Positions 8,079-19,400 of a DNA stretch of 64,000 bases are shown one piece after another (within the stretch, counting starts at the first letter, position 1; each line of letters opens with the position of its first letter). Location: the IMG/VR virus record IMGVR_UViG_3300009152_000041, positions 1,901 through 65,900 of that record, one strand, 5' to 3'. This DNA comes from a virus. A program made the position numbers and the translations under genes. The notes below the pieces were generated by a model, which was not told the origin of the DNA, ran no database searches, and was given only the letters and a program-made list of their open reading frames with translations.

Positions 8079-10712
8079 TTATCCCAATCTTAAAAGATTA
8101 TTTGCCATATGATCAGAGTTTTTTGTTTTAAACTTAAGTATAACATTGTCTACTGAACCAGATGAAAAATAGTTATTAAAATTATTTCTTATAATTAATC
8201 TGAATCTTACTTGACTATTTAAATATTCATATATAACGTTAAAAGGTTGAGTAATAGCTTTATTGAAGATGATATTCTTTCCATTATGGAAGAATAGAAC
8301 TTCCTGAGTATCATAAAATTCACCCTTTTCAAAACTACCTAATTTATAGTTAGTAAGATTAGTAGCATATGAACCATCAGAAAACTTTACAAGCACTGGA
8401 GTATAACCGGTGTACTCTATCGTGTTAATAGTACCACCTCTTTGACTGTAAGAAGCCTTTTTTAGCTTATCATAGTTTATATATGGTTGATTAACTAATT
8501 TGATACCATTATTTGATGCAGTTCTTTCAAAGAACTCACCATTTTTATCATTAGAATAAGCCGATAAGGTTTGATTGCCAGCCAAAAGCGTAGATATATC
8601 TATGTAATTTTGAGTAAAGTTAACGTTGTCTGCTGTATAACTAGCAACGTAATTATTCTTTGGATCAAAAGAATTTATATAAATTGATCTATTAAACTTG
8701 TTTACAGTATATTGACTTTCTGGAATTAATTTTTGATTTGAGTATATTTTTATAGATGTATCAATTGGAAAAAATCTAAAAAATGCTGTTTTACTTATTG
8801 AATCAAAAAATAAAAATTCAGAGTTAATGTCATTGTTATCATAAGAGATGATTGGTATCCAGTCATTTTCTGAAGTTGGATTTTCTTTTATTGAAATTGA
8901 TAATTCATATGAGTTTGCTTCCTTAAGATCAAAATCTGGAAGCGCCTTACTCTCATCAACTTTTTCTAGATTCAACTTAGCCTTAACAGCTAGGGGATTC
9001 CCGTCTATTGGAATTTTAGAACTGATAAAGCATGCTTTATTAGTGGAGGGTGAGTTTGTTGCATTTGAGATCTGCCTTGTCTTACCAAATTGCACTCCCT
9101 TTAATGAAAAAGAATACATATAATTTTCTACATTTTGATTTTTGTTTCTTAACATATTCGTAGAATAAATATTTGATCCTGACATAATGGCATCGTCTGA
9201 AAAGCTTACTAGATTTTTATCTAATGAGTTTGAATTCTTACTTAGAATACTTGGAGAATTTCCTACCTTACCAAGAAGTCCACCCCTATTATTTAATCTG
9301 CTATCTACAAATAATGAATCATCAAACAACTTAAATCTATCACCTAGTGTTTGTGACACTATATTTTTTACCATAACAGAAAGATGGTTACTAGACGACA
9401 GGCGATTTTCCTGGTCTAAAGATATTGAATTATTTTTTTCATTTAAAAATGGTTGGGATCCAACTTTGCCAATTGGATATTTATATGTATAGTAATCAGT
9501 GTATGCATATGAATTTCTTTTTGCTTCATCTATTGAATTAAATTTTCTAAAATATTCTAGGACTATGTCTTGAAGTTTACTGTGATTATTCTTCTTACTT
9601 TTCCTTATACCATTTAGTAATTCATGAATTAGCCTTGAAGATACTTCATCTGAAGTTGGTGAAATAGTATTTTTCTTATACGTGCTTTGATTAAATATAA
9701 GCGTTATACTCTTTACTTTATCTAAAGGAAAGCTAATGTCTAATACAGAGTTTATCTTTACTGGAGATAAAAGAATTTTCTTTTTTTGATAACCAGAGCT
9801 AGGAACATTAGAATTGCTTGAATAGATTCTTTCTGCTATATTTGCTGATTCTACAACTACTTGCATTAGCTGCAGTCCATCATATTCATTAGGATTTATT
9901 CTAATTAAATCTATTTCAATTTCTTTTATAAAGTTAATTGTCATTACAGTTTTAGCACCAACTATATAAGAGTAGTCATAGTCTATGTTTTGAGAAAATG
10001 ATGGTGGGATAGAAGTTAATACTGTTGGTGATTGAACTGAGATATTCCATACGTTCGACTGTTTCTCGTTAAATAAAGATTCATAATCAGTTATGGAAGA
10101 GATATATTGATTATAGTTAGTTTCGTAGTCTACTGATTTTACAAAACCTATAGCATTGATAAAATCAATGCCGTTGCCAATTTTAAACTTTGAAACAATT
10201 GGATCAACAAAACCGTTTCCACTTTCATCAAAAGCAACTCCGCCTCTATCGACAAAGGGAACTGGAGAAGTGTCATATGTATTTGATTTTAGAAAATCAT
10301 TAAAATTTTCTATATAAGAGTCATTATAAAGATCATCTTTTCCTGAAATAAAATCATAGTTATCTATATAATTTTCTAAAAGAGAAATATTTTTTTCTAT
10401 TTTTGCTACTTGAGATGACATGACTTCTATCATCGAGTTTAAAGATACGCTAATTGAATTAGATGCCGAAAAGTATCTATCAAATCTTATTTGTACATCT
10501 CTAAAAATATCAACAAAGAATTCAGATTCTATAATAGCCCTAGACCTCATTAAGGCTGGGGCAAAGTCTGCTCCAACAGAAAAATTAGAAAGACTTTTAA
10601 CTAATTCTGCTACCTGTGCTTTATCGGCTTTAATGCTTTTAATTAAATAGCCAACACTTTGCTGGGAATTGTCAGAAAATGTTTTAATTATACTAGGAAG
10701 AAAGTTAATCAT
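8079..10712 (-). CDS. large fibre/baseplate structural protein (about 877 aa)
   Basis: The track start (TTG at 10727) is probably too far upstream. The ATG at 10710-10712 forms an ATGA overlap with the upstream stop and follows GGGGTG. N-terminal module shared with the paralogues. Confidence 0.6.
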   Translation of the reverse strand: MINFLPSIIKTFSDNSQQSVGYLIKSIKADKAQVAELVKSLSNFSVGADFAPALMRSRAIIESEFFVDIFRDVQIRFDRYFSASNSISVSLNSMIEVMSSQVAKIEKNISLLENYIDNYDFISGKDDLYNDSYIENFNDFLKSNTYDTSPVPFVDRGGVAFDESGNGFVDPIVSKFKIGNGIDFINAIGFVKSVDYETNYNQYISSITDYESLFNEKQSNVWNISVQSPTVLTSIPPSFSQNIDYDYSYIVGAKTVMTINFIKEIEIDLIRINPNEYDGLQLMQVVVESANIAERIYSSNSNVPSSGYQKKKILLSPVKINSVLDISFPLDKVKSITLIFNQSTYKKNTISPTSDEVSSRLIHELLNGIRKSKKNNHSKLQDIVLEYFRKFNSIDEAKRNSYAYTDYYTYKYPIGKVGSQPFLNEKNNSISLDQENRLSSSNHLSVMVKNIVSQTLGDRFKLFDDSLFVDSRLNNRGGLLGKVGNSPSILSKNSNSLDKNLVSFSDDAIMSGSNIYSTNMLRNKNQNVENYMYSFSLKGVQFGKTRQISNATNSPSTNKACFISSKIPIDGNPLAVKAKLNLEKVDESKALPDFDLKEANSYELSISIKENPTSENDWIPIISYDNNDINSEFLFFDSISKTAFFRFFPIDTSIKIYSNQKLIPESQYTVNKFNRSIYINSFDPKNNYVASYTADNVNFTQNYIDISTLLAGNQTLSAYSNDKNGEFFERTASNNGIKLVNQPYINYDKLKKASYSQRGGTINTIEYTGYTPVLVKFSDGSYATNLTNYKLGSFEKGEFYDTQEVLFFHNGKNIIFNKAITQPFNVIYEYLNSQVRFRLIIRNNFNNYFSSGSVDNVILKFKTKNSDHMANNLLRLG

Positions 10713-13700
10713 GATAATACACCCCAATCATTTCCTTCCATATCTTGAATCTTATATGCTACACCGGCGGTTATGTTCTTACTTATTATACTATACAACT
10801 CTGCTTCACTAGTAAAATTATTTAATACTTCTTTTGGCAGTTTTATTATAATGAATCCGCCCTTTGAATATGCCTGTTGATCTGGTGGATAAACATCCCA
10901 GAATGAAGATGCTTCTTTGACTTCTTTAAAGACCTTGTTTATATCGAGTGATCCATAAGATTGTACATCTATAGTCTTACCCATAGTAGCCTTTAATCCT
11001 CCGCCTTTTAATCTTAAATCTTCAATAGCTAAATCTTTAACATCTACAGAATTCAATACGTGAACCAGCCCTATTTGAAGAGAAAATGGATCGTAGTTAA
11101 CGCTATTATATGGATCAAAAATAGAAGTATTATAAGTAAAATCTATTGGAGAATCATATGAATAGTCGCTAACATAATCCCAAACATAGCCATCTTGACT
11201 AGAGCTTCTAACTTCTATTCTTATAGGTTTAATATAAATATGTAGAGGCTTTTCTGTTTCTACTGTGTTTTTATTGAGGAATGGATTCAATGGAATAACT
11301 CTGCCGTTAATTTGTTTGAGCGGAATACCATTTGATTTAGCGGTGTAGTTCACTCTTATTAGATCTGGATCACTCGTTATCGGTGTGATGAAATCTACTA
11401 TTCCAGTCTGGGAATTAATATTTCTTATAAGATTTGAATCTACTGCTGTCCATGGTGAGTCAACTGATTCTCTTGTTTCAAAATCAACCCAGTTAACAAC
11501 TGACCCACATTCCATTTGCGAAGGTTCCATAAAAGTTGCTATAGGAACTTGCATTAATTGATATCTCTTAGATGATAAAACTATTGGTGTTTCATTAATT
11601 ATAGTAATATATGGTTTACCAGCAATCTGAGACCAGATTACATTACCCATATTTAAAGTTGAATATGTAGCTCTTAATACTTTCCCAGTGTACTTTTCAG
11701 CCCAAGAAGTCCAACCATAAGCTGGGTTTATGTATATATCTTTTGTGAAAGATCCAGATGTTATATACAACGGCCATTGTTGAAACTTTGAAAGATTTGG
11801 TGGGATCGATGATATTCCTATTCTTGATGATGGAACATATTCAACATTGTATATAGGGCATGCCATCTTTACTGGTATGGAAGAAGGTATTATTTTGCCA
11901 GAAGTCTTTGGTCCAAAGAAGTCTAATCCATTTCCAAGATTTCCATCTGCATCTACTGCAAGTGCAGCAATGTATACATTTTCTGGACCTCTTGAAATGT
12001 AGTCTACATAATAAAGATTCATACCTAAAAATTCTTTTTTCTTATTATCATAGAAACCATAAAGAAAACCACCATCATCTCTAGCATTATTTGTTAATAT
12101 AAAAGATCCATAATCTGTATTAAATTCTTTATCAGTAGAAAGAGTATTTACAAAAGATTGAAGATCTATGCCGTATGGTTTACCAACTTTATCTTTATCT
12201 AAACTTGGTTGAGTTAAAAGTACGAGGCCATCTAAGACAGAGATTGCTTTTTTTGCAGATTTTATTATAGAACCATCTGTTTTCATTAACCAATAATTAT
12301 CCAAAAGCTTCTCAGCGCTTTTGATTACGTTTGAATTTTCATATATAAGAGATGAAGTTTCAAAAACTAATCTATTCGAAGAAATACTTAAATTTAAATC
12401 TGAACTATTTACTGGGTTTCCAGTCGCTGAAACAACATTAGCTACAGCAAAAGTATTTGAGTTTATTGAAACTGTTTTTGTCTGCGTTAAGTTTATTGAT
12501 ATAGATTCATCTTTGTACTGAGGCTCTAAATTAGAATCAGAGTAAGGTGTAAATGGCGGACTATATGAAGTGCTACTAAAATTAATTGTAGTATTCGATA
12601 AGTTTAAAGTTTTTTCTCCAGACCATGTAGGATATGTTATAGATACTGGAGTTGTTGCATACTTGGTGGACTTAACACCATTTAGATCTATAATCTCAGC
12701 TTTGTTTGGAGATATACCAGTAACTGATCCAGCTATATTAAACTTTATTTCTACTGGAGCTGTAGTCGTATCTAATCTATAACCACTTTCGACTATTGTT
12801 TGAGCATTAAAAGTATCTAGTGTGTAACCAATTTCAAATTCTACTTTAGCTAAAGAATAACCTTCAGTAAAGGTTCCATATTTCCCCCCTAATGAACCAC
12901 CATTAAACTGGAAAGCAAAGAACATACACTCTGCCATAGGCTTATTAACTTCAATTGTAAACTTTTCAGTTGTATACTCTGCAGCGCCTTTAATTATATT
13001 TTTGCCAGCCATGTCTATCCCAGAATAGACTACTGCCTGCTTGAGAGCTATTCCCTTATAGTCTGGTGCACCAGCAAATGTTCCAGGATATATAGTCACA
13101 GATTTGAGAACTTGACCCTTTAGATCTTGTTGCGTTATTCCATCAATTGAAATTTGGTCAAATGGAACTGCAAAAAATATTGAATCTACTAATTTTTTAG
13201 GACCAGATTGACCAGTATATGTTATTTTTCTATAATTCCAATCTCTATTAGGAAGATCATGTAACTCTATCGCATCTGCGGCTGCTACAACATACTTAAC
13301 AACTGTTGGATTATTTACTTGTAACCTAGCTATTATTGCACTATATCGGGTTGGATCAGAATTCTTTATAGATTTCCAAATATGAATTGCGATTAATGAC
13401 TTAGTTTCGCTATCAACCGTTCCATTTTCATATCTTGCATTGACTGATGCCTGAAAAGCCAAAACTGCATTTCGTGTGTTTGCTTTAAACTGTCCACTTA
13501 ATTCTGGAAGTTTTCCAGCAACCAATATCCCGGCTTCCCTCATACTTATCTGTATATATTTAATATAATCTGGAAGCATATTGGGTTTATTTTCTCCATA
13601 TGCTCCGATGATATTACCTTGTTGTATGTCCCCTGTATATAAAAAGTTATTAACTGGATCGTTACTATTTATCCCTTGCCTGTAGGCGTCAATTCTATCA

Positions 13701-16438
13701 GCACCAGAAAATGCTGCGCCAGTTTCAAAAGTTTTGGTAAGAGCAATATCGTCTGCTTCCCTTTTGGAACCAGGTGGAAAAACATCTTCATATCTTGCTT
13801 GTCTTGATAGTGTTGCTGTATATTCTGCGGTAATAACTGCTGACCAATTTGCACTAAAGCTTAGCGTTGATTCACTTGATTGATTATAAGAATTAAAGAT
13901 AGAAAAATTAAACGTATAATTTTTATAACTATTAGACGAAGATATTGAACTAGAAAGTCCATCGTTTATTTCTTTGGTCGATGATCTATATAGTCTTTCT
14001 CTTATAACGTAAGGACCAAAGCCACCGGGCACAGTGAATTGAGCTGATGGAGAATTAGTATACGCATAAACTGCCCCAGTAATGCTATCGTTGTTTATCT
14101 TAAATAGATTATAAGAAGTTGGTATCTCTGTACCACTTTGTACAACGGCTGCGTAAATACGATCTCCACCTTTTATCGGAGTAGCGTTTGCGATTTCTAC
14201 GTCATTATTTGTTATCTCTATAAAAAATTCTAAATTACTAGAATCAATTTCTTGCAAAGAGATACTGTGTTGATCAGCTAAAAAGTCATAAATAGATTTT
14301 TTGTAAAATTCTAACACTGAAGAATTACTTGGGATTAAATTCCTTGCATACTTTGAGGTTCCAACAGCATTTTGATTGTCTACCTTAATAAGAGAATATA
14401 CTTCTTTTTTCTCGTCTTCTAATAAAACGTTTCCATTTAATACATATGAAGATTGCCAATTTGAAACCTGATAGTACATTGACGATCTTAGATCTTTAAC
14501 CTTAGTTGAAAATATTCTATTTAATAATGCAACCGAACATGCATTGTATAGCATTTTCATTGGACCTTCTATTGCTGCTACAGCAGTAAACGTAGCTTGA
14601 GTTATGCTAGTTGGACCATTGTTACTTGTTGCTATATCAAAGATGGAAGATGGTTGGTATATGTCATTGCAGTATTTAAGCATTGGTGTGGTTGTGGCCA
14701 ATAGCGTGCCTTTAGATAGCGAATCAGTTGAAGGTGTGAACTCTAAGCTAACGAATATAGGCTTACTTCTAGAGTTAGTTAGCACAGTATTATTGGTTGA
14801 AATATTTCCAGTAAATTCTTTTACTGTTTTTTTAGTTGTAAGATTAGAAAGATTGCTTCTTCCAAATATTGAATATACATCGTAGTTAACATTATCTACA
14901 GTTAATCTTTCAAAAATACCTGGGTTAATCGGCCAAGCATTGGTTTTATTTTCATTAAGAAAAATATTTTCCTGATTATAGGTCCATGTATCTAGCGGAT
15001 ATTCCTGGGCACTGACCGATAAGGATGGATCTATTGATTGTGCGCCAGTATAATCAATTGCCTGTGTTGTGATAACAGAAAGTTTTGATAAATCTAATAC
15101 CAGTGTTCCCTGAGTCTGCTCTAGATACTTCTTTAGCTTTAGACCTTGTTCTGTAGTTATTGGAGAACTAGGAGTCCAGGTGACTATGTCGTATAGAGAA
15201 AGTTCATCATCAGTAACTTTATCTAAATTTAATAACCAATACGATGCTTGATTTTTTCCGTATTGATTACTCTTTTCCGATAAGGGATTTGCATATTTGT
15301 ACTTAGATGCATTAAACGGAGACTGCTCTAGTCTCAAAAAAGCGTAAGGGTTTGCTGCGCCAAAATCATTAGATTGCTCCATGCCAGATATCTGTGCTGA
15401 TGTTGATAGCACGGCACAATTAATTACTTTTTGTTTTATAGAACTTTCTTTATCTATTTCTTCACCATAATTTATAGATGAAACATCAACGGATCTTTTA
15501 ACTTTAGTTATTAATCTCCAGTTAAAAGATTCATAAGTTCTATTATCTGACAAAGCTTTTTTAGGAACAAATACTTCAAAACCTTCTGCTCTAGCATTCG
15601 TGCTGTTAATTAAATTATTTTTTGATGTAATAGATTTTTTACTATATATTTTTTTTGACCTTGAAGAATTATCTACAACAATTGATTCCTCTCCAATTCT
15701 ATTAAAAATACTAACAGTATTAATGTTTTCTTTATATTGAGGAATCGTTGAAGATATTGACTCAGTTGAAGATAGCGTAACCTTATCGTAAACTAACGAT
15801 AAGTCTACTGGAGATGGACTATCAAATAAAGCTATTATCTTAGAAGGAATATTTGATCTATTTGAATAGATTGGCAAATCTAATTGTTCAATTAATATTC
15901 TATATTTTTTCAAACCAGTAGATTGATCTACATACTCAAAACCATTTTTGTCAATAACTTTAATTGACTTTGGAACACTGGACTCTGACAAAAAATCATC
16001 AAGTCCATCATATGCGTAAGAACTTCTTGGCAGGAGAGTATAGTATCTAGAAACATAAAACGAATGAACAAATCCGTTCTTATTAAGATCTTCAATGTAG
16101 TACTTCTTATCTAATGCACGTGTGTTTAGGAATACATCGCTCACGCTAATGTCATCTGAATCGAATACCGTATAGCCATCTGAGTCCTCTAGTATTCCTA
16201 GTTCATTGGCAAAAACTATTTTATTCTTTGCAGATCTATTTGAAGCATTAATATTTGAAGAGTATGAATTCTCTGGTATAAAATTAGACAGATCTGTTAC
16301 TGAAATGTTATTTGCTGGAGTTACTGGCTTTGAGTTAAACCAAACTAAAGCGGTTGAGGAATCATCTAGTGGTAAATTATTTACTTTTCTTATCTTTTTT
16401 TGACTACTGTTGTCAATATTTAAATTAAACTTATCCAC
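10709..16438 (-). CDS. giant tail-fibre/baseplate protein (1909 aa) with an internal peptidoglycan-binding-like segment
   Basis: Intact ORF. GTG start 8 nt after GAGGA. The segment LPELSGQFKANTRNAVLAFQASVNARYENGTVDSETKSLI resembles the PG_binding_1 pattern (G-x-F-x3-T-x2-AV-x2-FQ...G-x-VD-x2-T). Confidence 0.6.
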   Translation of the reverse strand: MDKFNLNIDNSSQKKIRKVNNLPLDDSSTALVWFNSKPVTPANNISVTDLSNFIPENSYSSNINASNRSAKNKIVFANELGILEDSDGYTVFDSDDISVSDVFLNTRALDKKYYIEDLNKNGFVHSFYVSRYYTLLPRSSYAYDGLDDFLSESSVPKSIKVIDKNGFEYVDQSTGLKKYRILIEQLDLPIYSNRSNIPSKIIALFDSPSPVDLSLVYDKVTLSSTESISSTIPQYKENINTVSIFNRIGEESIVVDNSSRSKKIYSKKSITSKNNLINSTNARAEGFEVFVPKKALSDNRTYESFNWRLITKVKRSVDVSSINYGEEIDKESSIKQKVINCAVLSTSAQISGMEQSNDFGAANPYAFLRLEQSPFNASKYKYANPLSEKSNQYGKNQASYWLLNLDKVTDDELSLYDIVTWTPSSPITTEQGLKLKKYLEQTQGTLVLDLSKLSVITTQAIDYTGAQSIDPSLSVSAQEYPLDTWTYNQENIFLNENKTNAWPINPGIFERLTVDNVNYDVYSIFGRSNLSNLTTKKTVKEFTGNISTNNTVLTNSRSKPIFVSLEFTPSTDSLSKGTLLATTTPMLKYCNDIYQPSSIFDIATSNNGPTSITQATFTAVAAIEGPMKMLYNACSVALLNRIFSTKVKDLRSSMYYQVSNWQSSYVLNGNVLLEDEKKEVYSLIKVDNQNAVGTSKYARNLIPSNSSVLEFYKKSIYDFLADQHSISLQEIDSSNLEFFIEITNNDVEIANATPIKGGDRIYAAVVQSGTEIPTSYNLFKINNDSITGAVYAYTNSPSAQFTVPGGFGPYVIRERLYRSSTKEINDGLSSSISSSNSYKNYTFNFSIFNSYNQSSESTLSFSANWSAVITAEYTATLSRQARYEDVFPPGSKREADDIALTKTFETGAAFSGADRIDAYRQGINSNDPVNNFLYTGDIQQGNIIGAYGENKPNMLPDYIKYIQISMREAGILVAGKLPELSGQFKANTRNAVLAFQASVNARYENGTVDSETKSLIAIHIWKSIKNSDPTRYSAIIARLQVNNPTVVKYVVAAADAIELHDLPNRDWNYRKITYTGQSGPKKLVDSIFFAVPFDQISIDGITQQDLKGQVLKSVTIYPGTFAGAPDYKGIALKQAVVYSGIDMAGKNIIKGAAEYTTEKFTIEVNKPMAECMFFAFQFNGGSLGGKYGTFTEGYSLAKVEFEIGYTLDTFNAQTIVESGYRLDTTTAPVEIKFNIAGSVTGISPNKAEIIDLNGVKSTKYATTPVSITYPTWSGEKTLNLSNTTINFSSTSYSPPFTPYSDSNLEPQYKDESISINLTQTKTVSINSNTFAVANVVSATGNPVNSSDLNLSISSNRLVFETSSLIYENSNVIKSAEKLLDNYWLMKTDGSIIKSAKKAISVLDGLVLLTQPSLDKDKVGKPYGIDLQSFVNTLSTDKEFNTDYGSFILTNNARDDGGFLYGFYDNKKKEFLGMNLYYVDYISRGPENVYIAALAVDADGNLGNGLDFFGPKTSGKIIPSSIPVKMACPIYNVEYVPSSRIGISSIPPNLSKFQQWPLYITSGSFTKDIYINPAYGWTSWAEKYTGKVLRATYSTLNMGNVIWSQIAGKPYITIINETPIVLSSKRYQLMQVPIATFMEPSQMECGSVVNWVDFETRESVDSPWTAVDSNLIRNINSQTGIVDFITPITSDPDLIRVNYTAKSNGIPLKQINGRVIPLNPFLNKNTVETEKPLHIYIKPIRIEVRSSSQDGYVWDYVSDYSYDSPIDFTYNTSIFDPYNSVNYDPFSLQIGLVHVLNSVDVKDLAIEDLRLKGGGLKATMGKTIDVQSYGSLDINKVFKEVKEASSFWDVYPPDQQAYSKGGFIIIKLPKEVLNNFTSEAELYSIISKNITAGVAYKIQDMEGNDWGVLS

Positions 16439-16440
16439 AA

Positions 16441-19400
16441 TTAATCCTCATAATCCTTTATTAAGTTAGAGTAATCTGAAATAACATATGGGGTTGCACC
16501 AAAATATCCAGCTTGGTACTGGTCGTATCTTGGAATTGGCAGCCATTGTGGCGGCGTCCATCTAGGCGTCGATTCAGTGTTGTCTACTATGTTTTCATTA
16601 TAGTAACTAATTCTAAACGTTGGAGTAGAATATATATTCAATGATTTACTAATATCATGATTAATTATATCGGGTATCTTTAATCCAGGCACAAAATTGA
16701 TGTCTACATTATCATAAGATTCATACCAGAATAGAACATCGCCAACTGATGTATTTGGAGTCGAAGATGGAGTTGAACTTAACTCTGAATCGATAGCCAT
16801 AAACCAATATCCAGGAGTTGCTCTTTCCTGTGATGGAACTGGACCTATCTCGAACTTTCCATTAACATCCGTATAGACTATGCCTGAAGTAGTGTTCTTA
16901 TCTGGCTTTAAGGTTGAGTTACTATAGGGTACTTCGTTTAGGGTTGAGTATAGATATCTAGACTTTCTCCAGTAAATTACACTATTCTCACTTGGTGCAT
17001 TGTCGGTTGTTAGTATTCCCGATATGGTTGTAGATGATATTCCATCAGCATTGATGATGCTTGGGTTGGCTGACGCTAATAGCGTTGTATCTTCAGCCCT
17101 TGAAGAATATACTGGAATAAACTCAAGAGTAAAGAATTCACTAGTTTCACTATCTGGATGCGCTAATGGATTACTCGGGTATATTGCTCCATCAATTAAG
17201 ACCATCACGTTAGTACTGTATGCGATGTCTCCACTTTCATAAACTGCATTTACAGAAGCAAATCCTTCATCGTCTGTAGTTATGGTACTTTGAGCAAAGG
17301 TTAGCTGATGAAGTAGTGAGGAAAGACTAAAGCTTTGATATGGTTTTGGATTTCCTTCAGTATCTAAAGAAATTATACTTATAGTTATATAATCATTTCC
17401 ATCGTCTAAGATGTAACCCGGAGAAATATATAGTTTTATTCTGTCAAAGTCGTACGTTGCATTTGATGCAATTACGTAACCCTTGTCTAGGAGTGAGCTT
17501 GTTTGTCCAAAATTTAAATCAATAGGAGTTGAGTCTTCGTATATTGAAGATTCATATGTGATCTCATAGTTCATTGTAGCGTTAGGAGTAGCATCAAAAA
17601 CTATCTTTGAATAATATGAAGAACCATCAAGGATATTATCCACGTAATATGAATTAACAACCTTATATTTTATGTAATAGTCTCTATCTTTTTTAAATTC
17701 ATATGTAGATTTATCTAACTTAATAAATGAATTATTTGTTGAAAGATTGCTGAATAGAAGCTCTCCAGTGTACGCATCTGTAATAGAAAGATTATAAACA
17801 TTTTTATAACCAAGATGAAAGCTATTGTCAAACTTAGGCTGTAACGTTTCTGTATTTTCAAATCCAAAATGCCTTGGAGAAGACTCATGAGGAAATCCCA
17901 CCTCAGTATAAATTTCAGGAGTTGCTGAACCAACTAAAGAAACATTTACCATAACCGGAGCACCTTGCCTAGGTGCATTGGCTAATGTTACCTCTTTTAG
18001 TATTCCAGTTTTAACCTCAGTTACCGGCTTAGCATAGACGTAATACTCATCATTGTCTAAATGAATCCAGCCAGTATTAATCCTGGCGTCTAATCTTGCG
18101 TCGTATAATTTTCCTCTAACTATAAAGTTATCAAATACCGTAGTATTTCTCTGTAGATCATATGACTCAGAGATGGAATTATCTGGATATCTTAAACTCT
18201 TTGTGGTGTAATCAGTATCTGTGTAAATGCTAGATATACCGTTCGACTCAAGAACATACGTTCTATTTAAAAATGGATTAACGATTTTTTGTTCTGACCA
18301 AACTGATACATTTACAGATTCAGGATCTAAAACTTCAATTGTTTCAAAGAAGTATTTAAACTTTTCAGAACCAGACAGGCCAAAACCTTCTCTTGTTAAT
18401 TCTGGTAATGAAATATAATTACTATTTTTTCCTGGAACATATTCACCATTTAAGGAGTTATAACTGATTACCCCATATTCATCAACGTATCCAGAGATAG
18501 GAGAAGCATGTGTTAGCTCAAAGGGATCCCAATTAACTATCTCAAATGGATAGATTGAGCTATTTTGAGTCGATACTGTAAGTGAATTCGGAGTACTAGT
18601 ATATGGATAGCTAAGTTGAGTAAAGTAATATGATGCAGTTGCAGCGGATCCGTTTACTGTAGTTGTTCCAATTTTAGCGTTTGAACTAGGTGTTGCAAGA
18701 TTTGAACTATTAAATCTTATGCTTAAGTTGGGTGAAGATGGAATAAATACTTCTCTATCAGTTTCTAAATAATAAGAAACACCACCATAGCCAGAAAAAG
18801 CTGAATTGTCATCAAGGTAATCTACGTCTACGCTTGTTGGTTTCAAGTTATTAATAAATATCTGTCTTGGCGTTGCTCCTACTGGCATGATTATATTAGA
18901 GACAATTCTATTATGATCAATTGAATAACCACTTGGTGGCGTAGCAACATTATTGATAATAATTTCAGACTCTTGTGGAGTTGTGTATTTAGTTACTTGA
19001 ACTGGATTATATAGCTTTGAAAGAAGCTGCAGTTGTGTACTCTGAGCAAAGTTTGGTGTTGCTGATAATAGCGTTCCACTACTTATTAGATTCGCAGTTC
19101 TGTGAGAAAACTTTGCTTCAAAGTTATTAGAGTTTGGCGTTGCATAAGTTGAGCCATTCCATAATCCATTTTTAAGAACTATGTTTTCTATCTCAGATAC
19201 TTCTAATCTAGAAGTGTTAATTGAACTTTTTGTATCTTTATATCCAGATAATGTTTGTTTTTCTTTTAGTGAATATTTTGATGAAACATATCCTTCTGTA
19301 TCAAATATTTCTATAGAATTATATTCCGGGTAAGCTGAGTGAGTTGGACCAAAATTATTCTTTGGATAGAATGTGAGCGGTGCAAAAAATGTTATTGGCG

